Below are positions 1 to 13,299 of a stretch of DNA of 64,000 nt, one piece after another. A program made the position numbers and the translations under genes. This DNA is from Raillietiella orientalis. Lineage: Eukaryota. The stretch spans positions 310,001 to 374,000 of the forward strand of contig JAYWIR010000015.1 of assembly GCA_036172245.1 (NCBI GenBank), read 5' to 3'. The notes beneath the pieces were generated by a model, which was given only the letters and a program-made list of their open reading frames with translations, was not told the DNA's origin and searched no databases. Within the stretch, counting starts at the first letter, position 1, and each line of letters starts with the position of its first letter.

Positions 1-260
1 ACCGATTCCTCTTCCGAGATCGCGCGGAACGCGCTCTGCTTTTCTGTTTTGATGAGCCATGAGGGGGGATGGCACGAACGCCCCTCGAATGTTTGGCGCT
101 TGGAGTCGGAGAATCCCGTGTTCCTCTTCCGGTGCTTTCCGTGGGACGTCGGCGGCAAAAGTGCTGACCGGCTCGCTTAAGAAAGAGGCGAAAGTGTACT
201 TAAAAATCGCTTCGACGCAGATAAAGCAGAGTTCGCAAGCAAGAGCTAATAAATAGGGAG
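1..260 (+). mobile_element. Possible decayed 3' end of L1/Tx1-like ORF2
   Basis: KKEAKVYLKIAS resembles RAQIFLKIASR at the end of the better-preserved copy near 38540. Weak. Confidence 0.25.
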
Positions 261-1599
261 GCTGGAGGGTCGTTTCCTGCCTTGCCCAGTAGCTCGATGC
301 ATCTCTGCAAGCTCATAATCTTGTCTGAACGAATGGACCCTGGGGCTGCTTTTCTGTTGCATTGCTCGCGGTGGTGCCGCTCTGCTCTGCTTGAGTAGCG
401 CGTAACTTTCGGTGCCATCCCAGCCAGCATGAACGTTTCTCGATGTCTTCCAGATTCCATTAATTCCAGAAGAGGCATGGGTATGTTATCGACGCCTTTG
501 GTAGGGACCCAGTCAACCTCCTACGCCAGAAAATCCATCACATTTTCATCATTCTCCTACCCTTCTTCGACTTCTGCCTATTTGAACTTTCCAGTAATCA
601 AACACAATTTCGAAGTCCCAATTCTCGGAATGCGGCCCACGACCAAGAGAACAGGTTCGCATTTTCCGGAGATTTTGTGTGAAAGCTCTCGTTTTCTGGA
701 GAGCCGCCGCGACTTCCATTATTCATTTAAAGAGTTCATTGACGTCTCTCTTTCTAGCCAATTACGCTGGAACTAAAAATCTTCAGATAGCACAGACGGA
801 TGAACTCAACTTCAAGAGCTCACAGATGCGGCTGCGTCATGAGTTCAGATTGATTGCAGCAGCAGCAGCAGTAGTTCTGGCCTTCGTGGTCCACCCCGCT
901 TTGTTGGACACGTGAAACCTTAGCAATCCTTCTCTAAGTGTACACCAAGACGTACTTCTGAGTGCTAAGACGTGCGTCCAACGTAATGCAGTGATTTTGT
1001 TCCCAAAATACGTCAAGATGTGATATGACTTGATACGCGAATCTCTCCAAGACGAATTGGTGTTCTCGTTTTATTGAGTTTCAGTCAGAAGGGGGAGAAA
1101 GGCTTGAAAATAGAATGTGCTGTATTTTTTAAGACTGGAGGACGATCCGGAGATTCTGATGTTGTTCTAGAGCTTATCTTGCAACGGGAAAGCAAAGGAG
1201 GCCGACGCAGCACGGATGCGAGCAAGATAGTCTCACTGTGATCTAGTCTTGGATCATTCTCGGAGTGATTCTTTTGTTAATAAATAGCTGAAGCTATCTT
1301 AATTTAAGAATTTCAAAAAAAAAAAAAAAAGATTTTAGTATTACTGTAGAATAATGCCCATTTCGTTATCGTTGCTATTTTTCATTAACAAGTGGAAGAA
1401 TGCAGAAGAAAGTGTCATGTGAACGAATTCGGTATTGAAGAATTTTATTGAAAGGTGCCTATCCTACGTAAGTGCCACAGCATCGAAAAATACGTCTTTT
1501 TAAATAGTCCAGAAGAATATTTTGTGATCGAATTTTTGTAGAAAATATATTTCCGTGTCACGAAAATTGTTTATTGCTATCTTTTCCACCAACTGGGAC

Positions 1600-1860
1600 T
1601 CCAGAGTGCTTCGATGTGCAGCAATACAGTACGTGATCTTTTATTTCGAGCCTGGTAGGCAGACAGTTATGGACCATTGTGTCTGCGAGCCTGATGAAAC
1701 CGTGGAAACGCTTCACGGGTTGCTACCGTTTCCAACGCACCAATTTCGGTATATGTGTTTCGGTAGCGTTTCTTTCGACCAGCGACTGCATCCCCGGCTG
1801 GGTACGGTTACTAAAGATGCTCGATTCCTTCTGGTGAGAGCTGTTGTGCAGCACACCTGA
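1600..1860 (+). mobile_element. Possible zf-RVT remnant of a non-LTR retrotransposon
   Basis: CVCEPDETVETLHGLLPFP resembles the C-x-C...ET..HLL..CP zinc-binding motif. Confidence 0.3.
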
Positions 1861-2399
1861 GGGGCTTTTAGTCTAAATAGTCCGTATACTCGTAAAATTA
1901 ATCGTTGATTAGAGGTCCTTCTCCTGATGACGTGGGGGGCGATCGAAACACCTTTAGTGCTCTCGCAGTGCAGTCTTGTAATTTCTTTGAGTGCGAGGGA
2001 TGAATATCCCAGCGTTTGAATGACAGAGGTCTCTTCGTGGCAAATGAATCAGCCGCTTCCATTTCAAACATTATACTCATCTCCTTCCTAACTTTGAATT
2101 GCATCACAAGCTATCTCGTGATTTACTCGAATTGACAGATTAACAGAGATGCTTTCTGGGGAATTATACGCATTTACGACTTACCATCTGTCGTTACCAA
2201 TAGAGAAGATTTGCAGCCTTCTAGCCATTCCTTATGCTCTCAAGAATTTTCGTTTTTTTTTTTCAAAAAAAAGGTATTTCTTTTAGAAAACTGAGAATTC
2301 AGTTCGTTATAGGAGATTCCAAAAATTAGGCTCGTCACTCTGCACATCCATTGCTCCACATATCGAAAAAATTTGATCCCTCACTCCATCTTCATTGGG

Positions 2400-4150
2400 G
2401 TCAGAAAGGTTTGTGAGAATTGCACAAGTTCCTTCTGCATTCCTACGGATCAGCCAACTTTCATGGAGCTGCAAATTTTACCATCCACATGATGTATTAA
2501 CCGTTTTCAGGAAAAACTTTCAGCATTCTTTGATCAACAGATGCAATAATATAATCTCTGGTTCTATTCTTCTTGCAGACTCCTCATCTCCGGGTTTCTT
2601 GCCAGACGCATCGCAAACTTGTTCCGCTTCTTGACCTTGACCTAACTTTTTTTTGTTTTGTTTTTTTCTTTCTTTGAAAAATTGCTCTTCTAACAGAACT
2701 TTTCGGCCTCTCTCGGAGTTTCTGTCATGTCCACCGTTTCAAAGAAAGCGTCTTCCTGCTCTTTTTCACCAAGGTCCTCAGTCAATTCTTCGGTCGGCGC
2801 CTTTCTCCGAAGTGCTGCTACTCAACCTAGGTACCCCTGTTAAAATTTTGCACTCTGAATTCATCCTGTTTCCATAGTCCAGTGGCAAATTACCGGTAGT
2901 CTGAATGCCCATGCTGGGAGCTTGACAGAACGAACAGCAGCTGCACCCTGAGTTCTTGTCGATGCACACCAGTCAGACACCATTCCTCGCTGACATACTA
3001 AAAATCATCCTGGTCTTATTTCCACCCTACTCTTTGTTGACTGCTCAATCTGTGAGGGTCTCTTTTGCTGCTTCCTTTTTGTTTTGTGTTGCTGCTTGGT
3101 CCATGATCACTGTCGAGTGTCGAGCGGAAAAAATTGGTCTTTTTCCTTTTCCTTTCATTGGCCAAGAGTCTCCTTGGATCCATGTTCCCCGGAAACCTTT
3201 TCTAATTTGTAGCCCGCGAATCTCCTTACAGACCTTTTGGCAAACTGTCATTCCGCTACCTACTGCTCCCGTGACTTTTCTCACCGAAGGCTGCTTCGAA
3301 GCTTGGCCTCTCGCTTCTCAAAGATCACCGCTTTTGATAAAGGCGATAAATAAAGATGCCCGAGACTTTCTGAGCTGGGGAAGAAGCTCCCTTCATCTTC
3401 GGAATGAATCGAGTCTTTCAGGTTTCCCCAAGTGTTGACATCATTTCCGCTGAGTTCCACGGAACAGTACAATCCAGTTGATTAATCAGTTAATGACTAA
3501 GTTGCGCTCTCGTTCCTGCGCGGGGGTGCGGGTGAAGTTCCGAGTTCGGACTCGCTCGCGTATGCGCATCTCGTTAGGTTGGGTTGGGTGGTGGTGGGTC
3601 GCTGCTTCGTGACACGCGCTCGCCGAGCCCGCTGGGGTAATCAACGAGCGAAATGGCTTTCAGATCACCTTCTGTCGTACGCTGACGAAACGACGGCCGC
3701 ATCGCCTGTTGCCCCCGTCTCCTGGATTTTCGGCCGGCTCCTGCGAAGACGCTCGCCACCTCCTAATTACCGTTCCCACCTTTTCATCCTTTCCCGGAAT
3801 CGGGATCGAAGGACCGCGAGGCGGTCTCCTGGGGTCGTTGAGGCAGCGCTCTTCAGTCGGTGTCGCGGCGCTCTAGATAGAGCGTTCCTCTTCCGAATGT
3901 GAGCACCTCCGCGGCCACACGCGTGTGATCCTCGGTGGTGGCCTTCCTCGGCTCCGAAGTCAGCAGCACGGAAGGACTGCTGCTGCTGCATTGGCTCGCT
4001 CTGTTTCGTTTCTACGACGAGCCTCGCGTGCTTCCCCGGAGAGAGGGAACCGGTCCACGGTTCGGCTTCATTGGCGTCTCTGGGGAATCTTCGGCTCAGA
4101 GGCAGTTCTTAGAACAATTAGAAAACGGCCTTCAACACATGAATCACGGA
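2400..4150 (-). mobile_element. Decayed L1/Tx1-like element (ORF1 to endonuclease region)
   Basis: GC-rich 5' part (3500-4150) with ...LVDYP followed by a frameshifted Cys/His remnant. Then LLPQLRKSRASLFIAF (cf. the EN N-terminus) and DRRID (cf. SRID). Many stops and frameshifts. Confidence 0.3.
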
Positions 4151-6199
4151 TAATTAAAAAGTTGGCGTTGCAGCTGGAGGACCGAAATTCTTCACTGTTT
4201 CTTTGTACATGTTTCTCAATCGCTGTTTTCCCTATACAGCAGCCGTAACACCTAGTCTAATAAAATTACTCCGTACACAAATTTGGGAAAGTTTTGCTGT
4301 TCAAGAAGAAGTTTTTTTTTTTTTGTTTATTTTATTTGTGCTTTCTCTAAGCTATTCAAGATGCACATTCTCTTGAATTTCCCGCTTTGCTCTTGTTTAT
4401 TTTCATCACGATTCATCAGCTGTGGTTGTTTGGATAAATGGCATGCCGGTCTTCGGCACTCGGATCAAGTGAGGGCTTGTATGATGGGATGAAAGGAAAT
4501 TTCCTGGTCACGTGTTGAACTGGTACGACATGACAGAAACTTTTAACAAACTGTTGGCATATTAAATACAGGATTACAAATAAACTTAGTCATTAGAGCT
4601 GAAGATGTCAAAGCTGGATATGATTTGGATGTTTGAAATTTTTGCTTAGGCCATTTTACTTTACCTCATCTTTTTTTTTTTTTCCTTCTTCCTTCGAGGC
4701 ATAGCGCCTCTGACAAGGTTTTGTCTCTTCAGCTCCAGATTAGCCTGCGTAAGAGTTCCGGGAAAGATTTTGTTAAGGTTCCTGTCTTTTTAGTTTTTGA
4801 GCCAAGAGGAGCCAGAGTCCTTCTCCTGGTTCTTGGAATGCTTCGTTTTGCTTTTTTTTTTTTTTTTTGTCAACCGACTCTGTCTTTATTGCTCTTCCCG
4901 CATGGCTTCTTAACATTCGGCGTTGTTGACGCCGGATGATGAATTGGAATGTTCATCAGCCGCCCATCAACTGTAGAGGGGTTCTCTTCGAATGTGGGCC
5001 TAGAAGTGGTTTACGAGAGTCGCAACTTCATTCAAGAAAATTTCGCTTCATCCTCCAAGCACGAAACAAATTTCGATGCGCAAAAAAATCAATTTCGGAG
5101 ATGTCCAAAGCTTGATAAATTATCTATCAACTTGGGTATACAACGGCGAACTGCTTCAACCACAATTAAAAGGGAAAGCACACAGCCTCATGCAAGGGCT
5201 ACACTTTTAAGCCATGTCACATTTAAACAAATCTGGAGGTACATCATCACACACGTTATAATATGAAACGCATGTAATCTGAGAATCCTGTAACAAAGGC
5301 CTGAAACGCATCCAATTACTCATTGTGGGGGATTTTAAGAAAAAGTATGTAAGGGATCCACGGTAACAGTGGTAAATAATTCATTCAGATGAAGAAGTGG
5401 AAAATAATTGTTTCAAGAACGGAGACAAACTGCATCACCAGTCCAGCCTTATCCTATGGGAACTTCTGCAAACACACAGAAAGCAGCAATCTCTGACCTT
5501 AAGATCATGAATTTGACTTCTCGCTGACTTCAAGGCGGGGGGGGGGGACTGAAGAACATTCCGTAGAAGGGAAAGTCTTACCAAAAAATTATGTCTTGTG
5601 GATGAGGGTGAGTACTTCATCGGCGTCGCGTTTGGTTCCAGCAATCGCAAATGTGCGGTTTTGTGCCAGATGGCAAGACTTTGATTTCGATTTCGATCTT
5701 CGGAACCTGAAAAAACGATGCTGCCAAGAGGAGTAGGTCATAAGAAGAGTAAGGAAAGAGAGATGGAAATTTTCAAGTGGCATTCCAAGTGACTCCAAGC
5801 GGTTTCCGAGCAAGAGATAGAGCCTTTGATGGGTGTAATAAAATACCACAGCATTTATTAAGGAGTTTAAGCACACTTTTCCTGAGGTCACAAGCTTCAA
5901 AAGCTCATGTCCTTTTATCAACTATCATTGCGTGGAGAAACCATATGCTTCATCTGTTGATGTCCTTATCGGTGAACATATTTTATTCCACACAAGGAGA
6001 GAGATCGTCAAACCAACGGCTAACCAATCGTGGAAGATGATTATGAATGGGCTGACCTTCTAGGGAGATGGTATCCATGGTCATGCCTATAGAGCAAAAT
6101 AATTTTGGATGTAATCCGCGAAATGTTTTCATGGATGAAAACAGTGAAGGTGACCACTTGATGGCTACTATGAAGGCTCCCTCACATCTCGTAAGTAAT

Positions 6200-6600
6200 C
6201 CGTCGGGGAAACGAAAATAATCAACGTCTCGTGGCAACCGAGAAACAAAACGTATGAGATGCTCCTAGCAAACTCCGTCTTCGGTCGTTTGGTATTGCTG
6301 AAGCCAAATCTGAGTGTTTGGGGAGCAAATTCCAGAAATCTAGAGAAACGGATTGCTATTCTTGGAAACGAGAAATTTACTTCGAGTGAATTTTCCATAT
6401 TTGAGTCCCTGACTCAGTATGGATCGCGACAGCTGAGGATTCATTTCTCCTTGGATCCTCATGGGAGATTTCTCCTTTCTTCGCAACAGGCATTGCGTAG
6501 TGCGCTTTTCTTTTTTGTGTGAATTATTACTAAGATCCCTATTCTCTAGTAAATGCCCGGAGACAAATGTCAGCAAATGCTCGTTTCCTGCTTACAGCTC
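6200..6600 (+). mobile_element. AP-endonuclease remnant of a non-LTR retrotransposon
   Basis: FGRLVLL (cf. DGR.l.l) followed in another frame by SPWILMGDFS at about 6446-6475 (cf. catalytic P.I.MGDFN). Confidence 0.45.
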
Positions 6601-7849
6601 TATTTTGGACCTCACTGTTGCGAAGAGGGAGGAGTTGAGTCCGAAGACGAAATGCAGCTATTTCGTGGTAGCTCAGCAACAGTCCAAATGAACTCATCAG
6701 AATGTGATGGTTGCTAACACATGGAAGAACCTCTGAACTTGCAAAAGTAAATGGGAAATTCATAGGAAGAGCTCTAACGTGAATTCGAAAGATGAAGACA
6801 AAATGAAATAGCCTCAAAAACAAACTATGAAGAACACTGAAAGAAATGAAGCTGAGAATGAGGAACACCACGGGCTGCCCGATTTGTCAAAAAAACTCCA
6901 TTTCAATGTATCTAGCAAACGCCCTTAGAAGTTCTTAGGATAAGGGCTATCCCAGGATAATAGTTTTTTTGTGTGGTAATGCTCTCTTCGCAAGAAGACT
7001 TGCATTCATTCAAAATGAGCAAGAAGGAAATTTGTTCGGTTGGATTTGATTTTCATCCCTGCTTTCGCTTTTTCTGTTTTTAGAAATGCAATGCTTTACA
7101 GATTAAGTTTGGCTCATTGATCCTAACCTTTGACCGGAAAAGTTGCATTCCATGATCACGACTACTTCAGAAGACGTAATTGGTTTTTCGCACGCCTGCG
7201 AATCCATGTAGCTATTCCGAGTTGCATACTTGTGTACAAAGAGAGCAGATCCCAGAATCCTTATTCATATGTGCACACTAGTTAATCGAGGTCCTCTACA
7301 CGAAAGTCAGGAGAGTAAAAATAGAATGACAGTTCATGAGGTTGAGAAAGATGAGTTAATGTAACTATGAAGGACCATTCTGGCTCAGCGATGCTTCCAG
7401 AATCGTTCTAGAACGGTGGGAAAAATGAACCTCCAATGAATGCTTTTCATATGTGAACCGAAAAAAAAAAGCTTGAAAATGTGTTTTTTTCCTTCCTTGC
7501 GTTCGCGCATTCCAGGAAGGCGTGTTTTGGTGTAGAGAGAATTTCATGGCATAAGGAGCTATCTAGGACATTTTGAAATACACGTTCCCTGATTCTTGTA
7601 GAAGGCCGAAGGAGTAAGCATTTCGAGCGGAAGATGAATGGAACCAGTGAAAGATTCTTTGTGAAATCATGTCGTATTGAGGCAAGCACGAGCAATCATT
7701 TTCCGGAGTCAAATCGAAATTGTGGATTCATGCGCTTGATCCCATGGAGACTCTTAGCAACACAAGTTCAGCATAAGTGAAGCATGTCAAAAACTGTTAT
7801 TCCATTAGCGCAGAAATAAATGGGGTTGCGTCACAGCTTCAAATGGAGT

Positions 7850-7878
7850 GACACCGAAATTTGATAAATTTCGGTGTC
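7850..7878. repeat. Perfect 13-bp inverted repeat with 3-nt loop
   Basis: gacaccgaaattt-gat-aaatttcggtgtc, read directly from the sequence. Confidence 0.9.
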
Positions 7879-8279
7879 CGTCTCTGGAAAAAAAGTCCAC
7901 CTCAAGGAGATGGATTTTCGGCTAGTTAAACTCTTAAGATGCTAACAATTTTGCTAATAGCGATATTTTGTCCACAAGCAGTCCCTTGTCGGTGATGACA
8001 TTCGAAATCCGGTAGACTTCCCTCTGATTTGTAGCTGAGAAAATGTGCAGCGCTTCCACACGGCAGCAAGCAGATGTGTTGACATTATCGAGAAAAGGTA
8101 GAAAGAATGGAACTGATAGAACGTTGCATTGCGCAGCTTAGGTTGTGCTGAGTTTCTTTTTTTTTATCTCATCTTTCATCTGGGCACTTCTAAATTAACT
8201 ATTGTGTGGAACAAAGGACTGATGAGAACAGGGATCTCATGTGAAACGCCATTCAGGTTTAGAATGTGTGTTTGTGAGC

Positions 8280-8750
8280 AAAAAAAAACAAATCAAATGG
8301 GAAGGTCTGCTTCAGCCCCAGATTGTTCTTGTGAAGGATATTCCAATACATAATTAGGATTTAGATTAGGCTTCTTAAGAAAGTGAAATGCCTAAAGAAT
8401 TTTCTATTCGTGTTTACATCAGGAAAAGCCCAGAAGTCATTGATAAGATGAAAACCCCTTGACCTTTCTCACTCGTCCTCAAATCTAGATGTCACCTGGG
8501 TCGTTTCATACTTCAAACAGCATTTGCTCCAGTACTGCAACAGGGGAACCGAACTCCATAGAAATGCTAGAGATCTCATTTTTCAGGAGACATCACGCTC
8601 AATTGGTGAGTGGCATCTTGCTCAGATGGAGAGATTCCATATTGCAAAAGCACGTTGGGTGCTTTCGAATGTAGGTAACCTTGGATGTTTATCCCTCCAG
8701 ACAGTCAACTCCTTCAGCTTTCTTCCTCGTCACAACCACGTTTTATGAAC
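8280..8750 (+). mobile_element. Possible L1-like ORF2 3' remnant
   Basis: APDCSCEGY (Cys motif) then HRNARDLIFQET (cf. IW..RN..IF) and a terminal ...ARW. Confidence 0.3.
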
Positions 8751-9379
8751 GAAGGAAGCAGAGGTTTGAAATCCCATTTTAACTACAAAGTAATCGTCAG
8801 CAGCTGTTTTTCTGCGAATCACGATGCTGTTCTATCTACACGGAGAAAGCACTTCCATCAAATCATGAAACACCCTAATAACTCTAATCTGTTTTTTATT
8901 ATTATTATTATTATCTACCTATCATCCACCTTCTAAGATTTTCTCGAGATCTCTTCTATATTTGACTTCTCTTTCTGTCTCTTTGAGAATGCTGCCAACG
9001 TTTGTACTCTCTTCGCAACGGTCTCCTATGTGGTTTTCGTTAGAAGAGGATCACCTCATATCGCTCAGTTGTTCTTTTCATCTCATCGTCATGCAGATGA
9101 TTCATCAGATAGCAAAGGATTTCTTACATCAAGATCTTGATCAAGATACAGGTGCACATACACATGCAGTTATAGATATAGATATACAGACAGATATGCA
9201 TAAAAAAGTTCATGTTTATTGACACTTGACTGAAAACAAGGCATTCAGGATGTCGTTACTTATTGCTTGAGCCATTTTTGGTACTTCAAAGTACTGATTC
9301 TGCACTAACTTTTGAGCATATGATTTGTTATCTTTTCACAGAGAAGTTAATACATAGTTTGGTATGTGCCCATGCACAC

Positions 9380-10000
9380 ATGATCTCATCACCAAACTGG
9401 ATCTTTCAAGGTATGGAAATTCCCATTTTAGGAGCTTCATTGGTGGTTCCGCGAAACGCTGGAAGCCTCGGTGAAATTTACGCCAAGATGCCGAAGCAAT
9501 CTCCAAGAGTTCGCAACTTCGCTTCGATTCAAACAAGAGACTTGAATTTCGCGTACAAAGTTGTCAGTAGACTTCTCGACTATGTCGAAATCTCGTGTAG
9601 CAGAGGAGTGTAAGTGGAAATGGACACTTTGATTTCCCACAATGTTACTCCATACTGTTTCGACGAGAAGAGCGTCATTCGATCCATCATCCAGGGGAAA
9701 AATCGAGGGAAAGACAACTTGTATACTGACGAAAAAAAGTCAGTGAAGCCTCTTAAGAAGGAAATGGGAGACCGTTTACAGGAAAGTCTTCAGGACCAAA
9801 GAATTGCACTGCATCTCGCTAAAAGCATCACAGGGATCCTTGCTTAAACCGAGTCATTCGTGATGCTCTTCAGTTGCTCAAAGAATGACTCAGCCAATGA
9901 CTCGCTGACAAAGTTAACAGAGTATTACAAATTAGGTAACCCGGTTGCTTTCGAAGATAATGGTAAGGCTTTTTGAGTTGCTATGAGAGTCTCAGTGCGA
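9380..10000 (+). mobile_element. RT N-terminal remnant of L1/Tx1-like element
   Basis: GEIYAKMPKQSPRVRNFASIQTRDLNFAYKVVSRLL parallels G.ITLIPK....KNWRPISLLN.DYKI.SK.L. In-frame stops follow. Confidence 0.5.
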
Positions 10001-10179
10001 TGGAAGCATTACAGAAACAGAACGTTCTATTAGCGACTGTCTAGAACCATGCTGAACAAATGAGTAACCTTTTCATTGGTTCCTCTGAAGGCGAAACCAA
10101 GGCTTAACAGTAGGCAGAAAAGAAGCTGGCAGCTACCGAAGCTTACAAATAGGCACAGATGCATAGGAAACTTGTCTTA

Positions 10180-10247
10180 AGGACTGAGCGTGCAGCCATC
10201 GGGGTTTGGTAATAGCCGAAAACCCCGATGGCTACACGCTCAGTCCT
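10180..10247. repeat. 28-bp inverted repeat (1 mismatch), long hairpin
   Basis: Arms aggactgagcgtgcagccatcggggttt (10180-10207) and aaaccccgatggctacacgctcagtcct (10220-10247) with a 12-nt spacer. Confidence 0.95.
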
Positions 10248-10849
10248 CCGACTAGGGATTTTTGAGAACAGGAGTGCATGCACGTATCTTGCTCGAGAAG
10301 TAATGAAGAAAAAGGCTGACATGGCTTTCCATTTTTGCTGTACAGAAAGTGGAATAAGAGTACACCGTTTTAGGCCAAATAAGTGACCAAGATTTGAAAA
10401 GCGGATAGCATGAACTATTAAGAGATTGGTTAATGCATGCTGGTATAGTTAGGGAGATAATCGATAAGGGGTGGATGGAGTTGTCAGTAAGAAGAGACCT
10501 GAATTAGATGAACCGAAGGTTCGAAACCAGCCTTGGAGCTCATAAGAGATCTAATTCCTTCGAACATTGCATTGGAACGAATACTCTATTGGAAGCCCAT
10601 AGATGAGCCTCCCACCTTCCACATGGAATGGGAGGGCATTTTGGATTGGTTATCGTGGTCCGTTTGATCTCCAAGAGGAATCAGAACCTCCACTTGAGGT
10701 TTCCCACTACAGAGCGGCTTCATTTGTTTTTCCATCTTCTTTCCGGCTCCTTCAGTTTTTACATCCGGATGATTTCTTCGCAGAGACACTCGTGAGCAGT
10801 CAATGTCGTCCTCTTTCTTGGACCTTCCTCTCCTTCCTCCGAAAATCAT

Positions 10850-13100
10850 GAGATTTTTACATATGCTTTAGTACAATGACTCCACGTCACGACCAGCGTC
10901 TACCCCAAGTGGTTCTACTTTGGCGACTGAGTCTCGCTCTCTGAGACTTCTCAGTTACAAGACTTCTCAGTTCTCTTTAACCTTTCTCCTCGCCATCCTG
11001 TGCGGGGTTTTAACGAAGAAGTCAAAAAGATTCCTCCTTAGAAAGAGTCACATATGCGTAGTGCCCCTGCAGCTCAGCTGTTCGACTGGCCAAGAGGAAG
11101 AAAATTCTCTCGTGAGAACGTTTAAGAATACTGGAAACCTCCTCGCAGAACAGAGAACCATCTAGAGATCTTCCTGGTCCTGGATGAGCTTCCTTCTTCA
11201 AAACGGAAGGATCTGCACTCCTTTCTGCTCCGTGCAACGTCTTCCTTTGTGTTTTTCTCGCTATCAGCCTTGTGTCTTCGTGTCTCAGTCAGTCTTCAGC
11301 AAAGGAACGAAGCGTCACAGCCAGCCTTTCTTTCCTCCTCTTAACCAGCTGCCGCTCGTCCCGAAGCTCCAGGAATCCTGCTGGTATCTCAAACCACTTC
11401 CTTCTTCTTCAAGCTTTTTCTCTGAACTGGATACGGGTTCACAACGCCCCTTCGTCAAATTCGGTGCCGCGGAAGCGATGTCAGTTCGTTCTGAACCCAC
11501 GAGTCGTCTAGCTAAAGACGTTACTCCTTCCACCCGCTGTCTTGGTGTTTCCCACGGAGCAAGGAGTCTCCGTAAGTCTTCTTCATTATACACGTCTTCA
11601 AGGGCGTAAGTAGTCAGCCTCCAGGATGGGAGTTCTCTTGCACTCCCCACCCACCCACTCCCTGCAAACTCCTAAGCCGGTGGGTTGTAGCCCAGCGGAC
11701 CTAGTGATGGCCACCTTGTGGATGCAGGCCCCCAGGACCGTGTTGAGCTGCCGGAGGGAACTGCCGACACCCGCACCCCATCATCCTGTATAAACTTCAT
11801 CCTGCGCACAGTTCCTCCAAACTCAACAGACGATGGAGCTCCTCACGCTTCGGGTCTTCCCGCCCGGCAGAGCCGTCGTTGCCACACGTCACGGGAAGGA
11901 GGGGACGGCTTTCTCGGATCGCTGTAAACTGAAGGAATCTATGCCCCTCTTCCTAAGTGGCGGAGTTCCTTCGTCCGGGTCAGAAATGACTTGCGACAAC
12001 CCCCTCCCCCCCCTCCTGATGGGCCAGCAATGCGTTTCCTTACCCAGGAATTGACTTTGATCGTCGCCTTCAGGAGTCTCGTCCAAGGCGTCTCGAGACT
12101 GAGCTGCGCTAGAAAGAGTGGGGAGGTTAGCCTCTCCCTGATCACGTGCTTTTATGCTGCGGAGAGAGGACAAGGTGCCTGCCTCACTTGACCCCGACTG
12201 CAAGAGAGGGGGCACTGCCCGCACAGTGACAAAACTGAACGCCAGAAGAACTGGATCTTCCTCTCCCCCTTCCCCTCTCCCTTCTTCCTTACTAAACTTT
12301 AATTTTGGTTTTCTTGTTGCCTTCTTGCGCCTCCGGAGGGGATGCGCGCCTGGCACGGCGTGCCATCGTGCGGGGTGTCAAGAATAACCCAGCCCCTTCT
12401 CTTGGTGGCCAATTTTAGCGCCCCGGGGGTTACCCTGAAATGAAATTGCCACTGCAGCCTCCTTTTCCGGGACACCTGGCATATTCCCGCCCTCTTCGCG
12501 GGCGTTCCACGGAAGGGAAGCGGTGGAACGTCACGAGCGATCTTTGTTGTCACGCGAGGTGGGGAGCGCGGGAGGGAGGTTAGCTTTCCCGAAGGGTGGA
12601 GGATCCTTCGCTCTGGAAGCCGTCTCCCTTTGCCCATTCCCTCCAAACCGAGGCAGCGACCCTGCCCTTCCTCCTCTTGATGGAAGTCGGCTCTGAGCCC
12701 GCGGAAGCCTCAAGGGTGTTTCCACCCTTGAGGCTGTTGGTGGGGACGGAGAGGTTCAAGGGGCATGAGAAGGAGGAGCAAACGTCCCATGGTGTTTGCG
12801 CGCCCACGTTCCAGGCTCTCGGGGATGCACGCGGACGCCTCGAGTAGAAGGCGTGGACCCTCCACGTCCCTAAGTGTTATTCTGGGATAAGGCTTAAATG
12901 ATGTTGCGGCAGCATCGCGGAGGGCATCCAGGTCTCCCAAGAGCCACCAACATCGGATTGGAAAGTCCGAGAGGGATGCAGAGAGCTCCCAAGCTGCAGC
13001 ATGCCTTCTCGGTTCGTCTTCCAAGTCGCCAAGCAGCCAGCGCTTCTCGAACCGAAAGTCTGCCTCAAACCTCGAACCTCCCTTCCCCTCGGCGGTGCGC
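10850..13100 (-). mobile_element. Decayed L1/Tx1-like element (ORF1 part, endonuclease, EN-RT linker)
   Basis: PSWRLTTYALEDVYNEEDLRRLL (cf. WKLN.SLL.D), a coiled linker with SSSEKKLEE, and LDGSLFCEEVSSILKRSHERIF (cf. DG......I....FY..LF). These occur in the expected order on the - strand. Confidence 0.55.
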
Positions 13101-13299
13101 AGCAAGTGTGACCCTCTAGCGAAGGACTCCTCCGCCCGGAGTGCCCAAAGAGGAGGAAGGGCGGCTGTTTTCTTTTTCTTTCGCCTTCCGCCCGGAGAGC
13201 AGGGAGGCGCTCACCGCTTTCTATTTGGATTTTAGGATGGGTCCAGACACTGCAAGCAGTGCATCTCCCACCTTGAGAGGGAACTGAGGTTGGAAGGGG

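Noticed and set aside
1685..1725. Hammerhead-like CTGATGA...GAAAC
   Set aside because: No closing stem II pair and no convincing stem I. It lies within a zf-RVT-like coding remnant.
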